64,000 nucleotides of DNA, taken from contig JBNZDD010013674.1 of NCBI GenBank assembly GCA_050575255.1, positions 5,026,161 to 5,090,160 on the forward strand, given 5' to 3'. Below the pieces are notes generated by a model. That model was not told the origin of the DNA. It searched no databases and saw only the letters and a program-made list of their open reading frames with translations. Positions within the stretch are counted from its first letter, which is position 1; each line of letters starts with the position of its first letter. Positions 48,391-61,865 of the stretch are shown here, one piece after another. The stretch comes from Harriotta raleighana (lineage: Eukaryota). The position numbers were made by a program, and so were the translations under genes.

Positions 48391-51300
48391 ACATCTGGAA
48401 CGTAACCACAAAATGTCCTTCCCCTTGTGTTACTGCTGATTAGAAATGTCTTAAATATTGTCGCTTTCCATAGGCCTGTATGGCTGCTTAAATTGTATTA
48501 CGTTTCTGAAATAATGTAAAAGGTGACCGCACTTTATCTTGTACTTACCTATAAAGTGAAGAAGTAGAACCAAACTGCTTTCAGCTCTTAATAATACTAC
48601 AGATAAATAGTACAGACAAAATAGCAGTGCAAATGTCTGACTGAAAAACTGAAGAAGCTACATCCTGTTTCTGACATATTTGAGTAGCTGAGTATAAGCT
48701 TAAGCAATCATGTTAATGGCAACAGAGCTTTTAGCTTGTCCATAGTGTTAAGCAGCAGGGTTGGTCTGCCCTTGCAAAAGGAAAGATGAACAATTTTAAT
48801 AAAGTGCACTTGATAATATTTTTCCTGATTTGACGTTCCCTAGAAGCCAAGTTGCGCCGTGAGCCAAAGGTAATTTCCATCAATGCCAGAATTAACAAAA
48901 TGCAATACTTCACTGTTTGAATAAGATGTCACCAATGCTGTGAGCTCCAGTGCTGGCTGATTACAATTGCTGTATGATTGGTAATCAAAATGAGAATTGG
49001 GGGGCTATTTTCTAAGTGTCTTGCAGAAAAATACTTTCTGCAGATTGTGTAGAATTCCAGTGGAAAATAAATCCGTACAAAATATTCTGACGCAGCAGAT
49101 CTGAAAAAATCCACTGTCAGTAAATTAAAAATACCCAATTGGTGTTCAGTTCAAATCATTGTGATTAGCTTAGTGCTTTATATCTTGTGTTTTGTCTCTG
49201 TTCTTGGTATCAATCTTGTAAGCTAAATCAGTTCCCATACATCTTCCACTGCTTCCTGTGGTATGCTGACATATGTGAGAGTTTTCAGCTCTTGCCATGG
49301 GATTAAAATAAAGCAAGAAAACAATTCAAATGAATCCTAATCTCCAGAAAACAATATCCAATGCATACATGGAACCTTGCACCACAGATTTTGTTTAAAT
49401 TGTCATTTATGTATTCCTCTCTGTTCTCTTTTCTTTTACATTCTTTATCTGCCCTGATTTTGCTAACTAATATTTGACATTTTCTATATATTCTCCTCCA
49501 TTTCTAAGTTACAAATTAAATATTGAACTTGCCTTCTTTCATGGAGGACTTGTATGAAGATTCCTAAAAGGTCATCGTCAGCTTGAGGGGATATAATAAT
49601 ACAGGTGGAATGAGAAAACTGCCCCTAACATTAGAATTATACAGCACAGAAGGAGGCCATTCAGCCCATTGTGTCTATTCGGCTTTTTGAAAGAGCCAAC
49701 CAAATGAATCCCACTCTCCTGCTCTCTCCCTGCAAATTTGTCCTCCCAAATATCTATCTAATAGTAATGAAAGTCTTGAAAATAAGCTCCTTGACCTATG
49801 CAAGTGATCATTTCAGCCATTATTCCCCCTTCCCCCCTCTATCCATTGCGCAACCTTGAGGTTTTTAAGAGCAACAGGTTGTTAAACTATGTTGCCATTC
49901 TCATGAAGGTCAAGCAAGTTGGAATATTATTGGAATATTATTAATAATATTCAGACCATTGGCAAACAAAAATATTGCCAGCAGTAGAAAGAGGAAAGCA
50001 ATGAAATCAACCACGTATTTCCAAAATTCATGATATCTCTACATCCATTAAGGGAAAAGTGAAGATGTCCTGATTGTACTAATTGTGAATTTTTCTTGCT
50101 GTGTATTTATGCAAAGCAATACATCAAATTCACACAACGAATCAGTCTTCTGCTAACTTGTGGTTTCCACAAAATGAGCTATCTTTGTTACGCTATTTTG
50201 CATTGCAGCCCAATGTTGGGAACAACTGGTTCTTCAAACAAAATGTGATGGAAATATCAGTTGCTGTTGTAAACCTACCTGGGAGGCTGACAGATTCACC
50301 CTTGGTTTGCTCCTGAATTTGAATTTGAATTGCATTTTTTGAAAGCAGTCAAAAATATCATCAATAATGGTTCACAATCATTTGAGGTGAAACCATTTTA
50401 TGTTACGGTAAGACTTTTTTTTCAAGACATACTAGTCTTATCAGGAAGCAAACAGTTATATTTTGATTATAGCGAGCTATCACTCTATTGTCTTTACCAG
50501 TCATAAAGAAAGTATCTAGTATAACTAGTCTTAAGGTTATAGTTTCATTTTGAGAGCTGTAAACAACATAAATTATATCAGGCATGAGCTATTCCACAAA
50601 ATGTATGATTTTGACAGTGTGAGGATACAGTAGCAAAAGCTTCAGAATAAGACATTAGATCCATTTCACAGGTTAATTAATATGGATGTCACAAACTTGG
50701 TAAACTTCCTGTTCCTCTCCAACATTCCTTTACCTCTCACAGCTCTCACTGGCTTTCTTTCACGATACACAGAAAGAATGCTCATTTCCCCTCAGTCATT
50801 AACCGCTTTGCCCCCATCCTCTGAAACTCCCTAAATCCCTTTTCCTCTCTTCTTTGCTTTCTGGTTTCAATTGGTATCTGAAGGCCTACATTTTTAACTG
50901 CATCCTCAGCCACCTCTACATAGCCTTTGTGAAGAGCTTTGAGACATTAACCCAATGTGAAAGGTGCCATATATTTGCTGTGGGTTGAGGTGAGATCAAG
51001 AACTCATTAAAAAAAAATTCTTTAAAAAAGTCATCAAATGCAAGTACTGTACAAAATGTTACTGTCATAACTACAGTTCCTGTAATTTTTTGACAAGATT
51101 GAGCTTCAGCTTTCAACGCTTTGTTATATCCTCTGCTTTTTGCATATCTATCAGTCCTTGCAGTACCTTTAGGCAAATTAAGTCCCTGGTGTGATAATCC
51201 GTGTGTGATTTGCACCTTCTGTTATTTGGCAGTTTGAGATTTTTACTGTAATTATTACATAAAATCTGCCCTCTTGATGCCATTACATTAGTGGAAGTCC

Positions 51301-52617
51301 TTTGTAATGCTGTTTCATTCTGGATAATTGAATGTACAGCAAATCGCCAGACATGTCCTATCTATCGCTGAAGGGTAAATGAATGGTTGCATGTATTAAA
51401 ACACAGTAGTTAGATCCTTGAGAATTTACATGTATTATTTGGCTTCTTTAGCCATTCAAATTCAGTCTCCTAGAATGCCTGACTGTACGTGTATTGAAGA
51501 ACATTTGCTATTGTACTTTGATTCCAAGCTTATTGGTCACTTAGTGTAATAGATGATGCTGAGGTGTCTGTGTAATGACTGCAAAGTTGGTGCATTAAAC
51601 CTCTGTGGCTCAGAGTAGTGTCGAGTAAATGGATCTCCTGATATGCCACAGGAACCTTCCTCATCTTGGACACACGCTATGGAGGGTCTACTAACTAGAA
51701 GCTTTGCAACATGTCTAAATGCCAAATGTCTGATTTATTTTGAAATCTATAATGGATACTTCAGAGTTACAAGTTTGTGACCTCCAAGAATCAAGAGGTT
51801 CAGGCAATGTTGTAAAACATGAAAGCAAATCTTAATTGATTTATTAACAACATCCCCACCCTGAGGCTTGATAGGATCACTGTTTTTTTCTAATGTTTTG
51901 AAACCTGTTATTTTTTTCCTTGAAAACAGATATTTTTTCCTTGAAATCCATTAAAAGTATCATTCTATATCTGTCTTTTAAGAAATTTTCTGTGCTGTGT
52001 CAAATTGTGTTTCATTGCAATACAGTATCGGGCTCATGTAGGTGGATAGTAGACGTCGAACTTTTCTGCAGACCATGCATTGTTAACTTACACACAGTCA
52101 AATCATTAATGCAGAGATAAATAAATTTATATCCATAGGGAACTGGATGAGTTAGAAATTCATCTTTGAGACTTTGGTTTGAATCTAGCAAAGGCCGATT
52201 GGGTAAAGTGTCGATCCTCCAGTTGCGACCTGTGATGAGTGTGAATGGATTGTCAAAAACTGTTGTAAATTGTCCTCACACTCAGACAATCATATGAGAT
52301 GATATATGAGGCTGGTGTGCAAAATGAAACAAATTGTTGGAGACAAATTTATGGTCAGATTGCATTGAGTGACTCATGTTGACACTGTTTTTTTTAAAAT
52401 CTGTCTATTTCCTAATACTTCTGTTTCTGACTTTAATGAATATACTTCCTTGTTCTGCTTCCTGATGCCTTCATGCCTTTCTTGTAGGAGTTGATCTACC
52501 AGGAGTGTACATTTTTTCTATTTTTAAAGGACTCTCTCAAATACATCCTAGTGGTCAGTTCAAAAGTTGCATTTTTAGCAGTCTAGAAGAGGCAGAAAAA
52601 GGGGGAGGGTGGTAGTC

Positions 52618-53677
52618 CAGTTAACCCTCGTCGAACGCAACATTATTGATTGCGAATTCAAATATACACGACTAAGCAAAAGCATCACTTTTTTGTGCAA
52701 TGCGCATAAAACTTGTGTATACGCGCTGGCTGGCCCCCTCGCGCATGTGTGAGGATGCCAACAGCTCCCGACTAAATCCGATGATTCCTTGGATGGCTGG
52801 CCCCGCACGCAATGCACTCTTGGGTAACTTGTCGATAACTCTTCGGCCTCAGAGCATCCTGATGGCATTGCATGGTAAACAGGAGAGGGAGAGAGTCTCC
52901 TAACAGTGATTTAGCCTAGCTGTGGTTTTATAATAATAGTAATAATAATCCTTGCATTTGATATAGCGCTTTTCACATCTTATCAACGTCCCAAAGTGCT
53001 TCACAGAATATACTTTAAAATGAATTGACTGTATATTTGTGGGCGGAACACGGCAGCCAATTGCGCACAGCGGTGTCCCACAAACAGTCATGGATTGAAA
53101 TGATCAATTTTTTATTATTGTTGTTTTTTTGGAGGGATTATTATTAGGCATGTGGAGTAAGGAAAACTTGCCCAAGATTTCACCCTGATCTGCCTGGATT
53201 CGAACACAGGTCTCACGCTTGTAAGGCGAGTGCTCTAACCACTGAGCCACAGGAGCTTATTGCTTTATTGCTTTTTTTATTGCTTTACTGCTTTCTTTGT
53301 TATCACTTTATAGCGACTTTCTGCTCCCCCACCCGCCCCTCTCCCCGATTTCTCTCTGCCTCCCTCCCGGGCTTCCCCTGATTTGCCACTTCCCGAGTGT
53401 TAGGGGAGACGAGGGGAGGAAGAGTGGGGGGAGCAACAAGAGCGGGCAGAGGGAGGGTGGGGGCGGAACTAGGTGAGGGCCAGCCGGCTGTAGCCCGCCT
53501 CAGTACATACCTTGCATTCGTCGGGTGTGGATGTGCCTGGACGCTTGAGGTGGGTAGCCTGCGACTGGATTCCCCATACCCCCCTTTTCCCATTACTTAT
53601 TAAGCTTACCCAACGCGATTTTACTGAGTGTGCAGTTTTCCAGGAACGTAACCCCCATGATCGACGAGGGTTAACTG
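52618..53677. mobile_element. Non-autonomous Tigger-like DNA transposon with nested SINE
   Basis: 17-bp perfect TIRs cagttaaccctcgtcga / tcgacgagggttaactg. TA on the right flank; the left flank reads TC. Confidence 0.85.
52930..53256 (-). mobile_element. Full-length tRNA-derived SINE nested in the Tigger-like element
   Basis: Minus-strand head gctcctgtggctcagtggttagagcactcgccttacaagcgtgagacctgtgttcgaatcc with intact A and B boxes. Confidence 0.9.
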
Positions 53678-55189
53678 TAGACTCTTTGATCATTTTCTAG
53701 CAAATGTTTCCATTACAATTTAAAAAAAACACAGTAAAGTGAAGGGGGAACATACAGTATGCTACATAAAGTCAGAATGCGGATTCAATAAACGACATAC
53801 GCATACATATTAGTTTTGAAATTCTGCACAAGCAAACCACCTTGCTGTGAGCTAATCCGTTGCATAATTGTAGATATACTGCCTGCTCTGTTCAAAGCCA
53901 AAAGCCCTTTACTCATAACAGCACTAATGATGCAGACTTCACCCTGCACGACTCACAATTAGATCAACAAGCAATTAAATTCTGAAATTAAAATCTGTGT
54001 ACAAAAAAAACGCTCAAATGCAGTAAGTGCAGTTGTGTTGGTAGTTGGAGAATTCATTCAGTGCAGCATTATTATACAGCTTGGAGTGCTTTCAGAAATC
54101 CAAGGAGCCAAAGAGAGGTGGGATAAATGGGATAGAAAGGAATCAATTTTTGCACAAGTCGGCTTGAAATTTTTAAAATTCTAATGTTCTGCACTGCTAA
54201 GTTCTTAACCATATTTATTCTTTTCGGTCTAATGTGCCGGCCACTTTGGATAACAAACTGTCAACTTTACATAGTGATTGTCTGCATTTGGGAGTTGTTG
54301 GCTACCTTCTTGTTCAGTCAACAGCAATGTTGGAAACATCTGGGTAAAAGATTGGGGATAATCTGTAGCATGGTTTTGTTTCAAAATAATTTAATGTCCA
54401 ATTTTCTCATTTATAATATTGTAAAATAATAATCCTTGCATTTCATATAGCGCTTATCACATCTTCTAGGGCGAAATGCCCACCTATATACAGTTAATTC
54501 ACTTTATTTTCGTTAACTCCCCAAGGGCCAAATGCCTTTGCTTGTGATTGAACCTCTTCTTGCTGGCTGGCATATGTTGCTGATGCTGCATATGTTTCCA
54601 CTGATGCTGCATACCCTGTGTTTCCCTGCCTTAGTGGCCATCGCTCATCAGTGAGTTTTGAAAATCAGTGTTAGCAGGCCACTTGCCTGTGGGAAGCATC
54701 ATAGCCGAACCTATCCTTTTCCTCAACTGGCTGCCACATACATGGCTGGTTTCTCCCTCCCTTACCCTGGGAAATCCAGAGTCAATTCAGCTTCACCATT
54801 ACAGTCTCTCAAACTGGTGAGCTACTGATGCATAAGCTGCAGCTTTGTCCACCACAGTAAAACTCACATAAGTCTTATCTTTATGAATCGTATAATCACC
54901 CAAGTTGTACATGCACCCAAGTCCCATTTAATTTCCCACCAAAAAGCACTTAGATGTTTTTGCATTGGTCATATTTTATAAAGCAAATCATCTCCTAACT
55001 AGTAAAGGCACTCCTGCACTTAGAGCCTGCATTGAATTGCAGGAAATGAAGTTGTGATTCATCAATGCATGCACACTTGCCAGCTGTGGTGAAGTACTGC
55101 ATGTCCACATTTGTTACGTAATTTATATAGCGCTTTACACATCTTATCGACGTTCTAAGCGTAGGACTTGAACCATGTGATTGTGGTCC

Positions 55190-55766
55190 CACTAAGCCGG
55201 ATGAGGGAAGAGAGGTGGTGGAGGAGGATGCCGTGATTGACAGTGTCAAACCTGGCAAAGAGGTCCAGGAGAGGGTGATGAAGGAGGCATGGGGTGGGGT
55301 GGGGGCAGAGGCAGCCAGGTGGATATTGTCTATCTTAGAGGTAAAGATCCCCAGGAACTCTTTGCACTTGGCAGCAGAAGTGAGGATCAAGGGTGCTTGA
55401 GAGAGGGCGTGGAGGAGATAGGAAGTGGAGAACAGGAATAGAAAACAGTTTTGGCGTGAGAAAGGGAGCTTTGGTAGATGTGAAAATGCTTGAGCCACAA
55501 TTAGCGGAGAGTCGTGAGGCCGGTTTGCAATTTGCTCTTGAGTGACCAGGTTTGGGATTTGAGGGAGCGAAAATGACTGTTGCACCAGGGCCAGCGAGTT
55601 GGTGTGGAGACATCAGGTCCCAGCTAAAGACCTTTCTCTTCACCCGCGCCTTTGGTCACCTTTCTTCCCCTGCCCCTGGCTCTGTCCCGGGATCCTTTGT
55701 TGTGAAGCGTTGTGAGACGCTGTCCGGCGTGGAGGGCGCTATATAAATCAAAGTTGTTGCTGTTAT
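55190..55766. mobile_element. L2 fragments (antisense internal part plus sense 3' tail at 55613-55766)
   Basis: Minus ORF ...KCKEFLGIFTSKIDNIH resembles the L2 ORF2 linker. Tail gagggcgctatataaatcaaagttgttg. Confidence 0.7.
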
Positions 55767-56803
55767 TACAGACCAGATTTTCAGGGGGACAAGGGAGTTG
55801 AAGGTTGAGCAGAGATGATCGTTTAGTATAAATCACAAATATTATGATCCCGACTGATGTTACGTATGAGTTTTACTGTATAGCAAAGAGGCTGATTGGC
55901 TATGATGTGATTAAGAGAATTGGTTTATCAGCATATTTTGCTTCTGTGTCTAACATCCTCCTTGATCATTCAATATGTTTCATCTTTAGGGTGAAAAATA
56001 TGGTGATAATTATCATAGCTCATGCGCATGTTTCATCCAGTTTGTGAAAGGCATAAACGTCACTTGACATTGCACTTGAAACATGAGGTTAAAGGGAACT
56101 GTATCTAACCATGGGACAAATGCCATCTGAAAAGTGCAGTGTGTGCAATATTCCCCTCATTCATGCCACGATTTTCTCCTTCAGCACTAAAATCAATGTG
56201 AAAGTCTATCTACTTCCTGCTAATGATGCTTAAAGAATCCGTGGCTGTTCAAATGAGTACAGTTACCCTTCAAATGACCCTTTCTGCTGCAGACAGAGAT
56301 ATGAGTGATGGGACACCTGGCAAATGATTATTCCAAATTGCCAAAGTTGCTTTGTAAGCAACGAATGGAAGGTGTGACAGAGCTCTTCAAGTTGATTTGC
56401 GCGCATGTGTGACTTGTTCACTCTGCAGTTTTTTGTCCTCCTCTGCAGAAGATATAGATTTGCATGATAGAGCTTAAATTTCACTTGTGCTGTTCCCTTC
56501 CAGACCCTTGCTCGAGTGACAGATCTTTTCGTCTGAACCACACGATCAATATTGATAGACTGATCTTTTCATCTGAGTTTGGCTATGAATGTTGGGAGAC
56601 TTTTTGATAAATGGGAGGAGGGAGGAATTAAAGCCTCGCCTGGTCCTGTCTTCATTCTATGAGAAACTTGCGTTCTCTTGGGTTGAGGAGGTTAAGGGAT
56701 GGTGGAAGATATCTTTGAGATCTTTAAAATAATAAAACAAATTGACAAGGATGATCATGAGTGGCCCTCCCTCTAGTTAGAGAAGATAGACCATACTACT
56801 GTA

Positions 56804-57236
56804 CATTAAAAGTACTTTAATCCTGCACTTGATAATCCGGAAAGCTTTATAGTCTGGTATCTGCAATGGAACGCTTTTTTGCAATCTGTGCATCTCTATG
56901 CGCATCTCTTCTCAGAGATCCTTTACACTACCCGGTGCATTTTCCTTGGGGGCCCGTCACTGATGTCACATTTAATAAGTGCGTATGTGCGCTTTAATAA
57001 GCGTGCGTATGCGCGTAATTTTATTTGAGAAAAAATTTACTTTCAGTGGGTGCAATGCCTCTGTAGGCAGAATGCCTGCTCCGCCGGGCTGAGGAGAGCT
57101 CTGGTTTTTGCTATACAGGTATGTAACAGCACACTCAAATCCTCCCATCCCTCAGAGTAATGTCCAATAATCTGTCATATCCACTAATCTGGCACTGCCT
57201 AGGTCCTGACTGTGCTGGATTATCTGACTTTTACTG
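56804..57236. mobile_element. Older Tigger-like element containing a hAT-MITE-related insert (about 56913-57063)
   Basis: TA-flanked degenerate TIRs cattaaaagtactttaatcctgcac vs rc cagtaaaagtcagataatccagcac (19/25). The insert shares gggggcccgtcactga...tttaataagtg with the reverse complement of 25918-26097. Confidence 0.65.
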
Positions 57237-57244
57237 TACTACTA

Positions 57245-57557
57245 ATACTATAATAATAATCCTTTCATTTTGATATAGCGCGTTTCACGTCTTCTAGACA
57301 TCTCAAAGCACTTCACATAATATACTGCAAAGTGAATTGACTGTATATTTGTGGGAGACATGCGGCAGCCGATTGCGCACAGCGGTGTCCCACAAACAGT
57401 CTTGGATTGAAATGACCAATTTTTATTCTAGATTATTTTTGGATGGATTATTATTAGGCATGTGGAGTAAAGAAACTTCACCCTGAACTGCTTGGATTCG
57501 AAACACAGGTCTCATGTTTATAAGGCGAGTGCTCTAAGCACTGAACTACAGGACTCC
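57245..57557 (-). mobile_element. Full-length tRNA-derived SINE
   Basis: Ends ...ctgaactacaggactcc, the reverse complement of the 38209 head. Same core and tail. Further partial copies at about 5883, 15603, 30013, 32065, 42963, 58030 and 59157. Confidence 0.88.
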
Positions 57558-60500
57558 AATGGGATGCAATTTTTCTTTTTAATGAAAACATGCCAGCTGC
57601 ACCAATGGAGAGTATTCTGTGTGGACATTGCATAGGATGGGATTCAATATCCGTGGCTCAGTGTTGTGCTCCGCCACTGACTAGCACTCTGCGAAGCACA
57701 GTGGAGAGTAAGCGATATAAATGCAAGTTGTTATTGCTTTAGCAGAAATGCCTCTTCAGTTGATGAGTGTCAGTCATTATTTACGTGTCCATATTAATTT
57801 TACTTTGTTTTCAGGGCAACTCGTGATGACAAAAAAAGGCTGGTCCTGGCCGGCAATGCTGACAGTCTGCATTTATTGTGGTCACTAGTTGTCCTGAAAA
57901 GGTCATAGTTTAAATTACTGTGGAGGCTTTAATACCTCCATCCCTGATGATGTTGGGTTGAGAGTTCCAGAACTGTAACCAAATGATGATGAAAGAAACA
58001 GTGCTATATGTCCAATGCAGAGTAATCAAAGCAATCCTTGCATTTGTTATAGCGCTTTTCACATCTTCTAGACATCTCAAAGCGCTTCACGGAATATACT
58101 GCAAAGTGAATTGTCTGAATACATGTGGGCAAAATGCAGCAGCCAATTGTGCAGAGCAATGTGACTGTCCCACAAACAATCGTGGATTGAAATGACCAAT
58201 TTTTTTTTTTTGAGGGATTATTATTAGGATTATTATTAGGACTCCTAGAATAGCTAAGGTACCAGAGGACAGTCATTGCTCATGGAATCAGACTCCAGCA
58301 TGAATGTTTTTCGTGGGAAGGGTGGAATGAATTGGAACCCTTATAAGTGGTGCTGTGAATTTATAGAGACTGTTCACCTGTGACATAAAACATTGATTAC
58401 TTCACTGCACAATAAGATATTAATTGATTCCATTAATACCACAGTAAATACTGCTCTGCTTGAGATTTGGCAGTCACCAACATCAGGATTTAGCAGAAGA
58501 TGTGACTATACAGTACAAATCATACTGAAAATCGCATCACAACTCACTGATGTTTGTGCAATGAATAAACAAACATTTTGTATTCGATAAACCACAACAT
58601 TGTTCAATAACGCACCAATATAAGTGTAAATGATTGCTGCTCTTCAGTGCAGTAATTTTCACTGAGCATAACATCTTATAGTTCCTGGTGAAGGAAGCAT
58701 ATAAAATGATCTGTTATGAAACTATTTGGTACATCTACCTGATGGAACATTAGGGATCAGAGAACAATATGTAGGGCACTTGTCTTCAAGTGGAGAAAGA
58801 ATATGCAAATGCTTCACTGTCAGTTTAAAATTCCACGTTATTCTCAATTGTCACATTGATATTATACTTGTTTGTATATAATTTGCAAAATTGACAAAGC
58901 AAATTTATGCTAACTGGAACTTGACGCCACAATTCTAGTTTGAAAATGTTGGATTGCAAGTTTCATGGTTCAGTAGATATTTTCACAGCCATTGATTTCA
59001 AAATGCCTATTCAAGGGCAATAAAATACTGAAAGTCTAATCTACTCTAAAGTGTATGTAACATGATGCATTTAATGTGCTAATGTAATAGTAGAGCCAAC
59101 TCCTCTACCATCTCTGTATCAAATTTGCTTTGAAAATTTCATCTAGCTTTGTATATAATAATAATCCTTGCATTTGATATAGTGCCTTATCACACCAATA
59201 GAATGTCTCAGTGCTTCACAGAACATACAGTAAAATGAATTGACTTTATATCTTGTGGGTGAAACGCGGCAGCCAATTGGGCACAGCAGTGTCCCATAAA
59301 CAGTCTGGATTGAGTGACCAAATTATTATATTTGGTGTCATTTACTAGATGAATGACTTCCATTTTAAATTGGGTTTCCTTTCAACCTGCCTTTGAGTCT
59401 TTCTTTCAAATTGTCCTGAGTTCTAGATCAGAGTCAAAAATCGAATATACGACATTTTAGTTTACAGGGAGGTATTTTAATCTATTCTGCATAGGCCCTG
59501 CCAGCTCTCTACTGGAGCTATCTAGAGTGATTTAATTTCATATTTTATACTTTCTGTAAACTTTTTATCTTCTTTCTGCCAGTATTTAATTGCTTTTGTT
59601 AAGTACTGTACTGTTATTGACTTATTCAGTTATTACTGTACTCTTAATAACCTGGGAATAGTCAGTGTCAGTATTTTGCTATTACTAAATATCACTATTT
59701 ACTTTCATTCTTTCAACCACAGACCCATAAATATAAAAGTCATAATTTTCATCTCAATTGAGTTAGCGAGACAAAATTTATGATTGTCAGGACAATTAAA
59801 TTAGTTGATAACTTGGAATTATTTTCCTGCTGTTTTCCTCTTGATCATCAGTAGATTTAACATGCATCACATGCGTGTCAATAACACTCTGTTAGTCACA
59901 GTTTGCTATACAGAGATTCTTTTCATGTAACCCAGATAGATTTGGCTCTATGATGTTTCCACATGAAAGATGCATGTATCGTTCTACAGATCACATTTAT
60001 GTTTGTTTGAAATCTGAGGCTGGGGACTGGTTCAACAGTGAATTTGTTCTTTGAATGTTTAAGAATCAGACCAGTATACAGTAGATTGGTAGGATAAAAG
60101 TACATCTTAAATGTGATTCGAGGGGTTCTAACCAAAGTGTGTTTAGACAGATTTTGATCCAGTTAATATTGGGGAAGTGGAGCCTATTGGTACAAAACTA
60201 TTGATTCTGCCATGATTAGTATTTTGATATAATATTATTAATAAGCGCAAAATGACATTGAATTACATAGAATCTGCTACACTGAAACAGTTCCATTTAA
60301 CCTAATTTCTCCAGTCTCAATCAACCCCTCTGTTGCTTTTTCTCTCATTAAAGATAATGGGGACCTTTTCAAAAACTAATGTTTCAAATTAGATTCCACA
60401 ATAGAAGAGGAAAAGCTTATCATTAGTAGATTAGGTTTTATTGTGAATGTTAACTGCGGAGGGATAGCCAAGTATTTCCCCCACCTCCTTGCTCAATATC

Positions 60501-61414
60501 CTGCACAGTTTCTATGATGCACTTTTGAGACATTACCGTAAATAAAAGGCAGAATATATTGTAAGGTATATCATAATACAGTATTATGGTAACCCTATTA
60601 TTGCAGGAATTAGTCAGTTGTAATTGAATACAGTAACATGTTACTGAGCTTTATGTACAGTAATGTTACCAAGATGAATTTAACTAAATTATTGCTTAAG
60701 ACTTACGAATTGCTGTCATATGTACTGATAAACAACATGGGACAATGCAGGTACTACAGTATATTGCAATTGTTCTTTAAGTCACAAAAGCTCTGCCATA
60801 CAGAAGACCCATCAAAAACTCTTGTATAATCCTTTGCAGCACCCCTTTCATTGGGATCTACAACACTCCTTATTTATATTTCAACGGCTGCCTGAAAATT
60901 TTTCATTCAGTATCATCTTTGGATTTATTAAAAATGATTGACATTCTAAGTACTGTATTTTGTATTTGAGAATGTAGTACTGTATAGGTTTTTCTACTTT
61001 CCATTTCTACCTGTGGTAAGTGTAAATAACATTGATTCTCTTTTGAAATATTTTGAAAGCAACATAAACAGGAGTGTTTAAATATCAATGGTTCAGTTAG
61101 AATATCAACCAGAGCTTACCCTGTGGCCATTTTATTTTTTAAAAACTTGTCAGCAGTACATTAGCATCTTCTAGAATTATACAGGGTATTTACACATTTT
61201 TACAATCAACATTTTAAAAACTTTATACAGTATTGGATTCCCACTGGCAAAACGTTTGCAAATCCGAAGACATTTTATTTTTTACTAGTATAGACAATGA
61301 CATTTTCTACCACTTAACCATTTGCTGAAACATTACCACAAATTTAATCACAAAAAAAGCTAGTAACTGGAGTCCTGAGTTAGTATTGGATGTTACTAAT
61401 CTTGTTTTGAAACT

Positions 61415-61865
61415 GACCAGGCTCCATTGGCTACCTACCCATCACCGAATGGATTGACTTTGAGATCCTCACACTTATGTTCAAATTCATTCACTCCCCG
61501 ACACTTCCCTACCGTCTCCAACCTCCTCACTCCCCAATTCACCACCCAGCACCTCCAATGGACTGGTATCTGCACCCTGTTTAATCCTCGCAGCCTCCGC
61601 TCTACCATTAGAGCTTGCACTTTCAGCCCCTACCCTCTGAAGGTCTAACATTCTCCATCAAATCCTCCGCCTTGCTTCCTCTCTCCCCTTTATTACTAGT
61701 TTACTACACTTTCTGGGCAATGACAGTACTTAACCATTTTGCTTATGATCATCTCCACCCCATGCGCACCCCCCACCACCACTCCGCCCCAGCTCAGAGT
61801 CAGCCACCACTCTGAAGAGCTCTAAGACATGGAGAACGCTGTATAAGTACAAGTTATTGTGTTGT
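61415..61865 (+). mobile_element. Old L2 LINE 3' end
   Basis: caggctccattggctacc...ggattgactttgagatcctc...ttcagccc...gctgtataagtacaagttattg. Confidence 0.7.
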